Assembly (NCBI RefSeq): GCF_964204645.1
Contig: NC_134030.1
Location: 17,298,110-17,362,109, forward strand
Length of the DNA: 64,000 bases
DNA from: Tubulanus polymorphus
Lineage: Eukaryota; Animalia; Nemertea
Direction: 5' to 3'
In this document: positions 50,352 through 63,342 of the stretch, in pieces
How positions within the stretch are numbered: the first letter of the stretch is position 1
Layout of the letters: each line of letters starts with the position of its first letter
Notes under the pieces: generated by a model
The model's database searches: none
The model's input: only the letters and a program-made list of their open reading frames with translations
What the model was told of the DNA's origin: nothing
Made by a program: the position numbers and the translations under genes

Positions 50352-51177
50352 GAATTTTTGATAGGATTTCCTGGAGACTTGTTACCGGAATTAACTCTAC
50401 AGGTAGTCTGTTTGATAGTAAAACGTTAGTGGAGCGCAACCACGCGGCCATGTGGTTGCTGATAGCCTCAATAACATCCCCATAATTTATGGAATACCGC
50501 ACTAAGTACGATAGCGCATGTACCGTTGCCTGTAAACGAGCCTGATTCATAGTATCATTTACAACGAATTCCAAAAATGTTGACATATAATCTCTGTTTT
50601 GTCGTACAAGAGACTTCACTAACTTAAATCTAGAGTCTGTTACGTTGGCAAAGCTAGTTAACCTTTCTTGTAACTGGACAATAGCTTTATGATCTAATTT
50701 TTGTAAAGAATCAAACTTATTCATATGTCTTTCCACTACTTGTAATTGCTCAGTAGTGGCGACCCCAAAAATCAAACTGGCGACATCTCCGATGAATGAT
50801 AGTGGTGTTCGTTTCATACGGCCTTCTCTTCTTGTACTCGGAATTTCAACAGGTAATAATGATTCAATCATACGCCTGGAACTGCTAAATTTTTGATCAG
50901 CTCGGATTTTACGCAAACGCATTAGGCGAAACATGTTCTCTATTTGTCGGCATTCGGCATTGGACATTCCACACGTCATATTAGGAATGGTCATTGAAAA
51001 CTGGGAAACATCTACTAAAGGAATCATAACACTATGTTCCCATTTCGTTGCCGCTACATTTATCTCGTCAAATGGCTGGAACACTACTCCAGCCCCCATC
51101 CGTAGCTCTGCATCCCATGCAGCCATTGGTCCTATCCACGACCAAATCATAACGATATGAACTATACTCCGAACCAT
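50352..51177 (-). pseudogene. env: Envelope glycoprotein, class I fusion (F-type), C-terminally truncated
   Basis: Signal-peptide-like start, G..F motif, furin site RMKR followed by the fusion peptide TPLSFIGDVASLIFGVAT, a heptad region, N-glycosylation sequons and LPVELIP. The frame then runs into the MITE. Confidence 0.88.
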
Positions 51178-51275
51178 GGTTCCTAAAACAACAATTTAAA
51201 TCATAACTCCTTGATTTCCTAACAATTTCTTAAAATACAGCAACTTTATACTCATAATTATTTCTCTTATTTCCC

Positions 51276-54200
51276 TTAATTAATTTCGCAACAACTGTTG
51301 GGTGCGTGGCAAATATCCCATGCACGTCGTTTTCGTCTATTCTTAGCTTTCTGATGATATGCCGTCAAGAACGACCTATCCAAGAAATTCTCCTCCGGTT
51401 CCCAAGTCTTATCCGCATAACCCTCCCAGGCGACATAATAATACAACTTGCCTCCCCGTCTTCTATGTTTGAGTATTCGAGACACAGTCTCTATCGACTC
51501 GTCTTTCCCGTCAATATTTTCGCGACCCTTCGATAACGTCATGTCCCTCTGCGTCAAAGTAGGAGGTTCAATTGTGGGCTTCATGCCGATTTTGACATGG
51601 CGACTCTTATGGGGCAAAACGATTTCATCCATCGCGAGGTTCCCTGGTAAGTCATCTAATTTTTCAATAGTCTGCGGTAAGTCGTAAGTAGGTGGTTTTT
51701 TAGATTCATAAACCGGACGCAACCTATTTACATGAACTAATGTTTTAACCTTTCGATTATCATCCGTTCTCAATCTGTAATTAACTTCTCCTATTTTTTC
51801 AATAATTTCATATGGGCCCAGCCAAAATAAATGTAATTTCTTTGATGCCCCAGTAGGCAAATGTGGGTAATAAAGAAAAACCTTACCCCCTACTTCAAAC
51901 TGAATATCTTTAGCATTTCTATCGTACTGCTGCTTCATTTTTATTTTGCTCAGTTCCCGATTCTTACGAACTATGTCATGTACTATATCCATCTTCTTAA
52001 TTAAGTGTTGAAAATAGGCCACATGAGACCCATATTCATTTTTTTGGAGCTGATATGGCTAGTTCCATGGGCAATTTAGGCATCCGCCCAAAAACAATTT
52101 CAAAAGGCGTGAATGACGTCGAATTGATATTATTTGAAGAATTCATTGCGAATACCGCAGATTGCAGATATAAGTCCCACTTTCCCGGGCTTTGTCCATC
52201 TAATAACTTAGCTATTGATTTGTTTAATTGTCTATGTTGTACTTCTAAAGCACCATTCGCCTGTGGATGATATGAGGACGTTGTTTTTGTTCTACCCCCC
52301 AAGAGGATGGCCGTTCGTTGAAAGACTTTTGAGATAAAGTTTGACCAATTGTCGATAAGTATAATAGAAAACATCCCATATCTCAAAATGATACCATCCA
52401 CCAACTTTTCGGCGACCTCTTCTGCCGATGCCGTCTTAAGCGGAAATGCCTCCATATATGATGAAAAAGTTTCAATACATGTCAATATATATTGATGCCC
52501 CTTGTCAGACACTGGAAAGGGACCCACCATATCCATAGCAAATTTATGGAAAATAGGCTCCACCCGTACCGTTTGCATTGGAACCTTAGTAGCCTCTTTT
52601 GCAGACAACCCTTTTCTTTGACAGACATCACATCGTAAGCAGAAATCCTTGACATCGTTAAACATACCATTCCAATAATATCTATTTTTCAGACGCATAT
52701 ACGTTGACTTAATGCCACTGTGTCCCCCAAACACCTCATGTGTTTCTTGCAGTATTTGTAAGCGAAGTTGTTTCGGTATCACATAGCAGGGAGAGAAGTG
52801 AGCAGATTGGCGGCGATTTAAATGTTGTAAGTATTGAAGGCTACCCTTGTTGTCCAGAATATACCTTTCGTGTGACAACATTATCCGTCGTGCCAAATGA
52901 TCACTTTCTGGTAATGATCCGTCTAATAGGTAATCAATGATAGGTCGCAATTCATCATCTTTACGTTTTTCCATAGGCAAATTCACCAAGATACCGTCGT
53001 TACTTGTGTCAACAGCCACTATTTCTGGATACCTTAATCTAGACAAGAAATCCGCATCTGCATGTTGTACTCCTGCCCGATACTCAACGTCATATTGGTA
53101 TCCTTGTAGGAAGATGCACCACCGTTGTAGCCGACCTGAGGCGAGACCATCGACCTCCATCTTTTTTAACCACAACAGTGCTTTATGATCTGTGACCACC
53201 GTAAAAGGATTTCCATACAGGTATACTTTATAATACTTAATGGCTGAAATGAGTGCCAGACACTAGCGGAATATGCTTGTTCTTGTTTTGTTAGCGCTCG
53301 TCCACCGTATGCAATTACGTGTTCCTGACCATCGTCTCCTTCCTGTACAAGACAATATCCCATCGCAAAATTTGATGCGTCGCAGTGAACCTTGAACTTG
53401 CGTTCCAGAGAAGGATATGCTAACACGGGTGCTGTTATAAGTGCCTGTTTCAAGTCATCAAATGCCTTTTGACAATCGTCAGACCATAGGAATGGTATAC
53501 CCTTTCTCGTCAATAGTGTGAATGGTCGTGCTCGCCCCGAAAAAGTTCTTTATGAATTTTCTATAGAAATTAGCAGCCCCTAGGAAAGACCGAACTTGAG
53601 TTTGATTTGTAGGCACAGGGCAGTTTTGAATCACATTTACTTTCTCGGGATTAGTCCTAATGCCATCCCCGTCTAAATAGAAACCCAAAAATTTACAGTT
53701 TGGTCGAGCAATAAAACATTTGCTGGGTTTAAGTGTCAACCCCGCCACCCGTAACCTTTCAAAAGGTCATCTAAATAAACCAAAACAGAGTCCCCTAATG
53801 AATGCAAGAGGCGAGCCATAATGGATTGAAAAATACTAGGGGCCGATGCTATGCCCATGGGTAATCTAGTAAATTGGTAATGACCAGTAGGCGTTACGAA
53901 CGCCGTTTTGTGACGAGACTCTTGTGAAATCGAGATCTGAAAATAACCACTTCTTAAATCTAGAGAAGAAAATATTTTTGGCCTAGCGGTGCCACACATA
54001 GTTAAGGTATTAAAGATATGAGGTATTGGATGTAACGTTTGCAATTTTAATACCTTATTTAATCGCCTAAAATCAATACACAATCGATATGACCCATCTG
54101 GTTTTGGTACCAAAAGTGCGGGAGAACTATAATTTGAATTTGAATCTTCAATAACGCCTTGCTTTTTGAGTTCATCAATCCGCTTATCTAATATATCCCT

Positions 54201-55262
54201 CAACGCTAATGGAACCCGATATGGTCGTGACCGAATAGGCACCTCATTTTCAGTCTCAATATTGCATTCAATCCCCTTTGCGGTTCCTAACTCCAATATT
54301 CCTTCTGCAAACCTATCTCTGTATTCTTCCAATAATGAATTTAAATCAGTTTTTTGCTGTACCGATATATTTCCCGTTTCCACACTATCTAATATATCGT
54401 TTTAATTTTTAGGTTGAGGCGTGGAAATACCTTCACTATCAATTGTCATATATGACCCGTCTGCGATAGGAGCATCTAAATCGATGAGAGTAACATCTCC
54501 TAAAATGGCACCCTTTTTTAATCGTTGTGAGTAATTTGATGGATTACAAACTTGCACAGGTAATACCCCACTTTTAATATTAGATATACTAGCCGCACCC
54601 ATAGTACCATATTTATCCCATAATCTAGCTGACTGTCGAACAAAACCTACACCGTCTTTTCTTCCCGTCCCCTTCATTTTTGCTTTTATCTGCACCTGTT
54701 TACCAGGCGGAATTGTGACCGTATCGTTAGCTACTATACAAATTTGTAATTGTACCTTTGCCCCCTCGTGAAGAGGTATTGAGTGACCGGATGACAGATG
54801 TAGGAGCTTTCTCGGAGTGTCAATAACCACACCCTGACTGTTAATGAAATCCATGCCTAGAATACATGGGTGAGCCAATTTCCTTAATATCAGAAATTCT
54901 TGCTGAACAACCCTTGATTCCATTTTAAGATTTAATTTAACAATACCGAATATTTCTAATGTAACCCCACCAGCTACCGTAGCATATTTATAACCGCCAT
55001 ATTCTAATGGCGTAACTAATACCGTGGATCTTAATTTTAAAAAGTATTCATATGATATGACACTACGAGTTGCTCCTGTATCAATCAAAACATCCATCTG
55101 TTCATCAAAAATAACACAATTTAAGGATAGCGGGTGCTCAGAGCATAATACTTTTGGTTTTTCTTTCAAAATTTTCTTTTTTGTCAAGTTTTGTTTGTGA
55201 GATTTCAATTTTGTCTGTGAGCGCCCACTATCCCCCGTTATCCCCGATACTACCTCATACAA
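51276..55262 (-). pseudogene. pol: Gypsy pol: protease, RT, RNase H, integrase with GPY/F module and C-terminal chromodomain
   Basis: LIDTGA, RLCIDFRRLN, LDLRSGYFQI, LPMG, YLDD (followed by an apparent ~20-codon deletion), CDAS, TDHKAL, HHCC, MDMVGP, YHPQANG, WLGPY, and VSRILKHR..YYYVAWEGY..TWEPEENF. Confidence 0.95.
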
Positions 55263-55289
55263 TACTTGGGCATTTTCTGTTTGTATAGC

Positions 55290-56326
55290 TCTGGATAGCT
55301 GCCCTAAGCCATCCTTGCTACAGTCCTAATAAGTCCGCTGTTGTCGATTCGTATTCTGACGGCAATATCTGCTAATATGTCCAGGTAAACCCACATTGAT
55401 AACAAATGATGTTTCTATTTTCCGTTGCAAGGGTAGATTTCGCTGGCCCCCTGCAATTTCTAGCCATATGTCCAATTATGTTACACCTCTAACATCGACC
55501 TCTAAACGTAGGGTAACGAAATCTATTGTTTGTAGCTCCATTTCGCGCGTACGTAATCGCTCCAAACGGTTGTTGAATTCCCGCAAAAGCCCTGATTTTC
55601 CTGTGCCATCGTCTCCTCCTTTCGTTGTTTAATTTCTAGCTGATTTATTCTTGTTTTCAGTTCGTCCCACTCCGCGTTGGCTGTCTCGACTTGATGAACA
55701 CCAGGGCCATCCATTTTCAACATCTGGACTACGTTACTAGCCATTTTGATGGCTTTGTCCATTTGCGTCCAAACGATTTTGCGAATGTCCGCGGAGAGAC
55801 CGTCAATAAACGTACTTAACGTCACATGCGCGGGTAATTCCAATTCATTCGCTCTGCGTTTAACATCGTCTGCGAAATTGTCTACTGTTTGGCCTGAAAC
55901 CATGGGCATGTGTTTCAGCTGGTGAGTTTTTAGCATTTTTCGATCCGGGTTATTATATCGCTGATTAAACGCTTGTAATAAATCATTCCACACGCGTTTC
56001 TTATCTTTATCGACGCCTAAATACCAAGAGCGAGCTTCTCCCCTCAAAAACAAGGGAAAGCTCCTCAGTATCTGACGGTCACTCCATGCCATGAGTTTTA
56101 CGTGTTGTAGAAATGCGTCTAACCATGGTTCCGGATCATTTGTTCCGTCAAAATGTTCTTGTTTCAGCCCGCTTACGCCTTTCGGCACAATGATTATTTC
56201 ATAGTTGCTATCATTGTCGTCCTCTTGTCCTACAGCCGGATTGGCTGGTCCCATGGCCGGTTGCTGTCCCGCGTTTGCCATCCCCAACAGATGTGCTTTT
56301 CTTTGAACGGGTTGGTTATAAAACAT
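55290..56326 (-). pseudogene. gag: Gypsy gag (capsid domain plus frameshifted CCHC knuckle)
   Basis: FDGTNDPEPWLDAF, LFLRGEARSWY, QTVDNF and FIDGL. CYQCG..GHISRYC lies near 55360-55405. Confidence 0.88.
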
Positions 56327-57249
56327 AAACCAGAGATTCTATAAATCGATTCAAAGTTTTGTATAATGTCACTCACCACTAGCTTGGCTGCGAGACCGCA
56401 ATTCTGCCGCTATTCTCCACCAGTGTTGTGAGTGTGGAACTCCACCTATGTTGTGGTTGGTATATCTTTCAGTGCTGAATCCTGATTGGGCTGTCCTACT
56501 AGCGTCGTGGTAATAATTCTTCTAGATGATGTTGCGAGGACACTGTCTCAGATCAGTTCTCCGTCCTTGGTATTGACTCTACACTGCTCCAGAAATAACT
56601 TAACAATGGCTAAAGTTATCTTTCGTTTATTCTTCTTACTAGATGTAAACAGATCATTCCCCGTAGCTCTCTATTCGTGCTTACAAAAACCTCCCTATTT
56701 ATATTAATTTCTCTTGTGTAACGTGCGCAGGTCCTCTTCCACATATGGCTTTGAATTCATGGCTTGTGACGTATTCATACGTCATAACATTCCTCCCATC
56801 CATATATGGGCGATGACGTGTCTGCACACGTCACAAGTTTCTAAAAATATACTTTTTCACTAAACGGAGTCCATGGCCGTACCATATTTGGTTTACCTAC
56901 GTAGATACATACGTCACTTCCACACTTGTTTATTAATATACTTTCTATTTATGTTCATGCACGTACATATCCACGCAGGTTGTCTGATACTGCAACACTG
57001 GCAATGAACACCAGCTTCCATGCACTACTTGTTGATATTGTTTAACCGCTGATAACTGAACCCTACTACTATATTCCCGAAAGCTTTATTGTTATAATTC
57101 ATGAAAGACCAATAATATATCCTAAACGTCTTCATAACACTACCCCACATCAACTTGTACCAACCACAAACCGACGTTATGATAACCACCCCTGCCAAAG
57201 CCCCATAAATATACAGAAATATAAACAGACATTTCAATTATCATAGTTT

Positions 57250-58130
57250 TTTTAGCCCACTTGGGACTTTAGTCCCAGCGGGCTATTGTGTTCACTTTTC
57301 GTCCGTCCGTCCGTCTGTAGACGGAATCCAGTTATTTTGGGAAGTTTTGAAGACGCTTCAATGTAATGTCTTGATATTTGGGTTACACATGTATCTACCC
57401 TAAACACATCTTCAGCCCAAAAACTGGCCCTGTTAGAATCAAGATGGCCGACTGGCAGCCATCGTTGATCGCCAAAATCAGCACCACAGTTACCACAATG
57501 AATTAGAAAGTTGTAGCTTATAACGTGTTCTATGATTGTGGTGAGTTTCGAGGTCATTGGTTTTTGTATATTGCCACCAGGGGGCGTTGAATAATACAAT
57601 ATCTTAGTATTTCTATATTATAGTTGTACCAATGCATATTTTGTTAGCACAATCAATTGCAAAGTTGTAGCTCATGAAATCGTCTATGATTGTGGTGAGT
57701 TTCAAGGACATTAGTTATTCTATATGGCCACTAGGGGGCGTTGAATAATAGAATAACTAAGTATGTCCTTATTATATTGGTACTTAGGCATATTTTGTTA
57801 CCATGACCAATTGCAAAGTTGTAGCTTGGCTCATGACATGTTCAATGATTGTGGTCAGTTTCAAGGACATTGGGTTTTGAATATGGTCACCAGGGGGCGT
57901 TGAATAGTAGAATAACTTAGTATTTCCATCTTAAATTGGTAACGAGGCATATTTTGATATCACAGTCAATTACAAAATCGTAGCTGCTGACATGTTCTAT
58001 GATTGTGGTTAGTTACGAGGTCATTGGTTTTGTTTATGGTCACCAGGGGGCGTTGAATATTGAAATTGTTAGATTGTTGAGCATTTGAAACCACTTCCCA
58101 AGTGGGCATGGTGTCCCTGGACCCCTAGTT
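57250..58130. mobile_element. Helentron-type non-autonomous element (HINE/DINE-like) with internal ~120-bp tandem repeats
   Basis: Sub-terminal inverted repeat GCCCACTTGGGA/TCCCAAGTGGGC, terminal palindrome, (GTCC)n microsatellite, T-rich flanks, and tandem units containing CACCAGGGGGCGTTGAATA. Confidence 0.75.
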
Positions 58131-58299
58131 TTTAATATATGTACATAATAACAAACCATTGAATAAGAAGTCCCAAAAAATCACACAGGCATACACACCG
58201 CACGAAACATCGTTTCCTTCACCATCGGGAAAACAGCAAACCCATTCGCGATGTCTACCACGCGATAAACGGCCCAATGCAACTCTATCAGGCGACCAA

Positions 58300-59486
58300 C
58301 ACGTCCGTCGTCCGTCCATCCGTAGACGGAATCCAGTTATTTTAGGAAGTGTTTGATACGCTCAATGTAATGTCTTCATATTTAGGTTACAGAAGAAACT
58401 ACCCTAGATACAAAAACTGGCCTTGTCAGAATCAAGATGGCCGAGTGGCAGCCATTGTTGTTCGCCAAAATCGGCACTTTTTACACATTTTTAAACTTTT
58501 TACGGGGGGATTTTGAAGACGCTTTGATTAAATATCTTGATCTTTCGTACATATTTGTAGCCCCCAAGGGCCCATGAGCATGAGAAAAATTGGGTCGATC
58601 GGACTCTAGATGGCCGTCGTATGACCTTTTGTGCCCAAAAATGTCAATTTTGGCCCGAATTCTGAGTCCTGTAGCTTCGTACTGGGTAACCATTTCTCAT
58701 GGCAATTTGTGAAAGGGATCTTTATACCCGAGACAAGTATTTTTGATCCGCCAATTATGACGCAATTAGCGGCCATCTTGGTGTCATCAGTACTCGTCCG
58801 TAGGTGGAAAAATGTTTTTAAACATAATATTGATACGTAAGCATATTTTGTTAGCACAATCAATTGACAAGTTGTAGCTCATAACGTGTTCTATGATATG
58901 AGCGAGTTGCAAGGTCATCGCCTTTCGTATATGGCCACCAGGAGGCGTTGAATAATACAATTATCTAGTATTTCTATATTATATTTGAACCTATGCATAT
59001 TTTGTTACCACAATCAATTGCAAAGTTGTAGCACATGGTGTCGTCTATGATTGTGGTGAGTTTTAAGGACATTAGTTATTCTATATGGTCACCAGGGGCG
59101 TTGAATTGTAGAATAATTTAGTATTTCCTTATCATATTGGGACATATAGGCATATTTTGTTAACACCATGATCGATTGCAAAGTTATAGCACATGATATC
59201 GTCTATGATTGTGGGGAGTTTCAAGGTAATTTGGTTTTGCATATGGTCACCAGGGGATGTCGAGTAGTAGAGTAACTTTGTTTTTCCATGTTAGATTGGT
59301 AATGAGGCATTTATTGTTATCTCCGTCAATTACAAAATTGTAGCTTCTGACATGTTCTATGATTGTAGTGAGTTTCAAGGTCATTTGTTTAAGTATATGG
59401 TCACCAGGGGGCGTTGAATATTTATATTGTTACCACATTTTGAAACCACTTCCCAAGTAGGCATGGCGTCCCTGGACCCCTAGTTT
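58300..59486. mobile_element. Second copy of the same Helentron-type element with a longer interior
   Basis: Same GTCC microsatellite start, ~120-bp units and ..CCCTGGACCCCTAGTTT end. Confidence 0.75.
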
Positions 59487-60348
59487 ATATACGACACCCA
59501 GACAAATTGCTATAGCCTATAACCCAGATCAATCAATTAAACCTAGGCACTACCATACTTGCCACCCCGAACTACTCTGACATATTTAAAATATTCACTC
59601 ATGCATCACATATGAAACCAACTTGTCAACTTGTCTCTAGCGATCAGTAGCAACGAAGAATAACACCCAGCACATTTCATAAGTCGACGTACCCTCCATG
59701 CAAGCAACAGTGAAATCGAAACTTCACCTGGTAACTGTAATTCATTATCTCCGTTGGCCAAACTAATCTTCCAACAAATCATCAACCGCGGCTAAAAAAT
59801 GCCGCCAAGAGCCACCGACGTCATTACATATTCATTACAATGCAACCTCTCAAATTTGACAACCTACTTCTCCGCACAACCCTTGACTAATTATAGTGGA
59901 ATTACAACACAATCATCCAAGGATTACAACTCCGATGCTAGGACGTTTTAACTGCGGCATAAACTTCATCAATCCAATAGCCACAATAGTAATGAATAAA
60001 ACGCCCACACTATGCTTCACTCCAACGTAGTAACCCGACCTATCCACGCAAAATCACATCCCGGCGTACTGGCTGTCGTCCGTATATCATCCTATAAATC
60101 AACCTATTTCTAAGCCGCACTGCTCTTTGACATAGCGGCAAAATGAACCGTTAAGGCGCGATACCGCAAACACAATTACATGCAAATTATAAAACATATA
60201 ACATTTCCCAACAATGAATATCCTATCATTAACCAAGATATATACGAAAATGAATCACCAAGAAAATCATTCCTATCCAGCAATGGATCCGCTAAGGACT
60301 GGTAAATTTTCTCGTTGGACTTGGCCGCATTGACCATTTTTCGCAGGT

Positions 60349-60890
60349 TCAACCTAACCGGGTATTCAGACTCGGAAAATCGGAAAATGTTTCACCCGCC
60401 GACAAAACACCAATTGCCGCCTCTGATAACGCCGCATTTGTCTTTAGCTGCTCGAGCGTTTTGGGCGCTGACTGAAGGATAAATGTCTTCATTGACGGCC
60501 GCAAACCATGAACAATGGCTTGAAGCGCCTGTTTATCCTCAACGGCAGCTTTCACCGTGAGCTGCCTAACACGCGAAATACAATCCAGAACGGGCTAACC
60601 AGGCTTTATCGTTTGCGTGAACACGTCCGCGACGCCGGACGCTAAGCTCATCGTGCGGGGAGTTGAACCGACGCTCAAACGCCTGCCGCAAACTCTTTAA
60701 GTCCCTTTTCGACACAGCTGGCAACCCCTGGAACCAATGGAGGGGGCTCTGTTCCATCAACAATGGGAAGGCCACGAGCGCCTGTTCCGCTGACAGCCCC
60801 TTAGAGTCACACAATATAAGACCTTATTGAACCAGTGAACAGGACACTGTTCAGTTACCCGGTTCCGGACTGATCGAAAAGTCTGGCATA
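60349..60890 (-). pseudogene. Degenerate Gypsy gag fragment
   Basis: AFPLLMEQSPLHWFQGL..LRQAFERRF and IVHGLRPSMKTFILQSAPKTL. Confidence 0.65.
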
Positions 60891-61559
60891 ATTCTTAAAT
60901 GCAGCTCCCTCCGACAACTTTTAGATCTCGTGGTTCCCACTGGTCCAGCGTCCACCATAAACGATTTCATTCACATTTTTCACTTAACAGTTATCTCGCT
61001 TCCACTTTCGTAAAAGTGACAGTGTTAGTGCCAATTTTTCCGTGCACTGAGTTAGCTACTGAGGCCACGGCATTAACTGTTGGATTATGGGCAAAATTTG
61101 AGTCGACTGGCCCCAAGGCCATGTCAGAGTCTTCCGATGCGTTCCGCGCATTAGGTACAGAATCGTGAAATAGAGTCTGGTAAAATAATAGACTAGAATC
61201 AAGGTTAGACATTTGCGAGAACACGTAAGATGAAGCATAATTCGATTTCGAATACAAGTATGTGATGAATATATATGAATAAGATATAAATAATGATGCA
61301 GTATATATGACAAATATATGTGTCCATTTGAACAATGAGACACAAGATAGTTTCATATTGTTAATCATACAATATAAAAAGCCAACAAATAAAACTGCCC
61401 ATTCTCAAATAAATGTTTTGTCTGGCTTCTCTTTAGGTATCTGGCGTAGGATTTAGATTGGACAACCCAAATGAATCCATTCAGTCGGGCTTTGTTAAGT
61501 TTTCCCGCTTAGTCGAATACGTCCGTTACCGCACCCCGTGGTTGGTAGTTTTGATTGCC

Positions 61560-62060
61560 GGGATTATGATAGTTCGTAGGGCGCTCACGACGTGATCGAA
61601 AATCATGCCAATCTCTACAATAAGTCGCCGTGTGACCGATTGCATCGGCCGCAGATTGGGTCACCCGAAGTCGATCGCTGGTTCCTATACTGATCAGGCG
61701 GACGAACGTTCTGGGGAGGTCGTTGGTTGCGCATCTCCCTCACCTCGTTTCTCGGCGATCTCATCCCTTATAGATTGAATCAGCGATTTAACGTCTGATA
61801 TAGCTGCGACGGTTGTTGGCAGGTCAAGCTGATTAATTAATTCAGCCGTTAGTGCGTAGTTCACAGCCTCGTTCACATTTTTAGGGTGCTGTGTGATGAA
61901 TTTCCTCATATCGGACCGTAGACCAGACATAAAAATATGAAGCTGAGAAGCGGCTGGAGTACCCAGTTTAGCGAATTTAGAAGCCAGGTCTTGAGAATAG
62001 GGGCGGCCTAGTTCCTGAGGACCCTATTTTCTGCCAAGTAGTGCCAGCTCCTGAGGTCGA
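61560..62060 (-). pseudogene. Second degenerate gag fragment
   Basis: FMSGLRSDMRKFITQHPKNVNEAVNYALTAE, with a GHTATYC knuckle remnant near 61615-61640. Confidence 0.55.
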
Positions 62061-62739
62061 TCCAGAAGATTTATCTAACTTCGGTGGCTGGAATTTGGCT
62101 GGAATGTATAGACCGTATATAGGGCTCGGTCTCATGAGCAGTACAGGACCAAAAGGGGATTGCCAACTCGGCGATCGGGGTCACGGTTCTGATGGAAACG
62201 GGCCGGTCGGACCAAGCTGAGAGATGGCCGCCCGAGGAATGCTTGATAGCGAGAGAACGTGTCCGTGCACAAACCCAAGTAAAAACAAGAATGCCGGAAA
62301 TTTGACTGAATATAATAATAGTCAAACGAATTTTATTTACCTTGATAAGTAATCTAAGCCTTCCAGTTAAAACACAGTCCAGTTCCTAACTCTAAGTTCC
62401 TATTGTACTCTACTGCTGGTAACCCGTCCTGAATCAAGTCCCAATCAAGTTTTTATCAAGTATCTATCGAGTGTCTATCGAGTGTCTACTCTCCCAAGAC
62501 TGCGAGTCCCTTTTATAGAAAGATCGGCATTTCTAGAATGCCGACTCTCCCACTCGACTTTGACCCTCATTTGCCAACATCGACCGCCTCGGTATGTCGA
62601 AAGACGGGGGCCCTGATGGCGAATGATTGGCCATCGTCGATCCTAGGACCAAAATGCTCGGTTGCTGACTCTCAGTTTGAGCTTCAACGTCAATAGCTAC
62701 AATTTCGGGTACTGTTATAGTGTCGCATATATCTACCAG

Positions 62740-63342
62740 TGTTGTGAATCCGGGTTGGGTTCTCCAACTAGCGTTGTGGTAGTGATTCCTCTCGACGATG
62801 TAGTGAGGGACACTCTCTTAGGTCGGATCTCAGTCCTTGGTCTTGACTTTCTTACAAGGCTCCTGGATATAACTTAACAATTTCTTAAGTTATCTATTCG
62901 TTTATTTTCTCTTACCAGATTTTCACAAGATCATTCCCCGGAGCTCTCCCTAAAACCTCTCTATTTATATAACTTTCTCTTTTGTAACGTGTGCAGGTCC
63001 ACTTCCACACATGGCTTGTAATTCATGGCTTGTGACGTATTCATACGTCACAACATTCTTCCCATCCATCTATGAGCGATGACGTATCTGCACACGTCAC
63101 AATTTTCTTCAAATATATTTCTGCACCCAACAGAGTCCATGGCCGCACCATATTAGGTGTACCTACGTAGACTCTTACGTCACTTCCAGACTTGTTTATT
63201 TATATAATTTCTATTTATGTTTATGTATGACGTACATATCCACGCAGGTTGTCTCTGGTACTGCAACACTAGCCATGAACTCCACGTTCCGTACATTTAT
63301 CTAAACTACTAAACTATCCGCACAACAGTGCAACTGATAACA
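62740..63342 (-). mobile_element. Solo LTR of a family related to the env-bearing Gypsy LTR
   Basis: Extensive similarity to 56424-57020. TGTTG...TAACA termini. Imperfect TSD CCAG/CCAC. Confidence 0.8.

Larger units (their letters stand above)
49141..57139 (-). mobile_element. Env-bearing Ty3/Gypsy LTR retrotransposon (errantivirus-like endogenous retrovirus), decayed
   Basis: 5' LTR 56424-57139, 3' LTR remnant 49141-49325, TSD CTAC, PBS TGGTGGAGAAT. Gene order gag-PR-RT-RH-IN-chromodomain-env. Confidence 0.95.
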
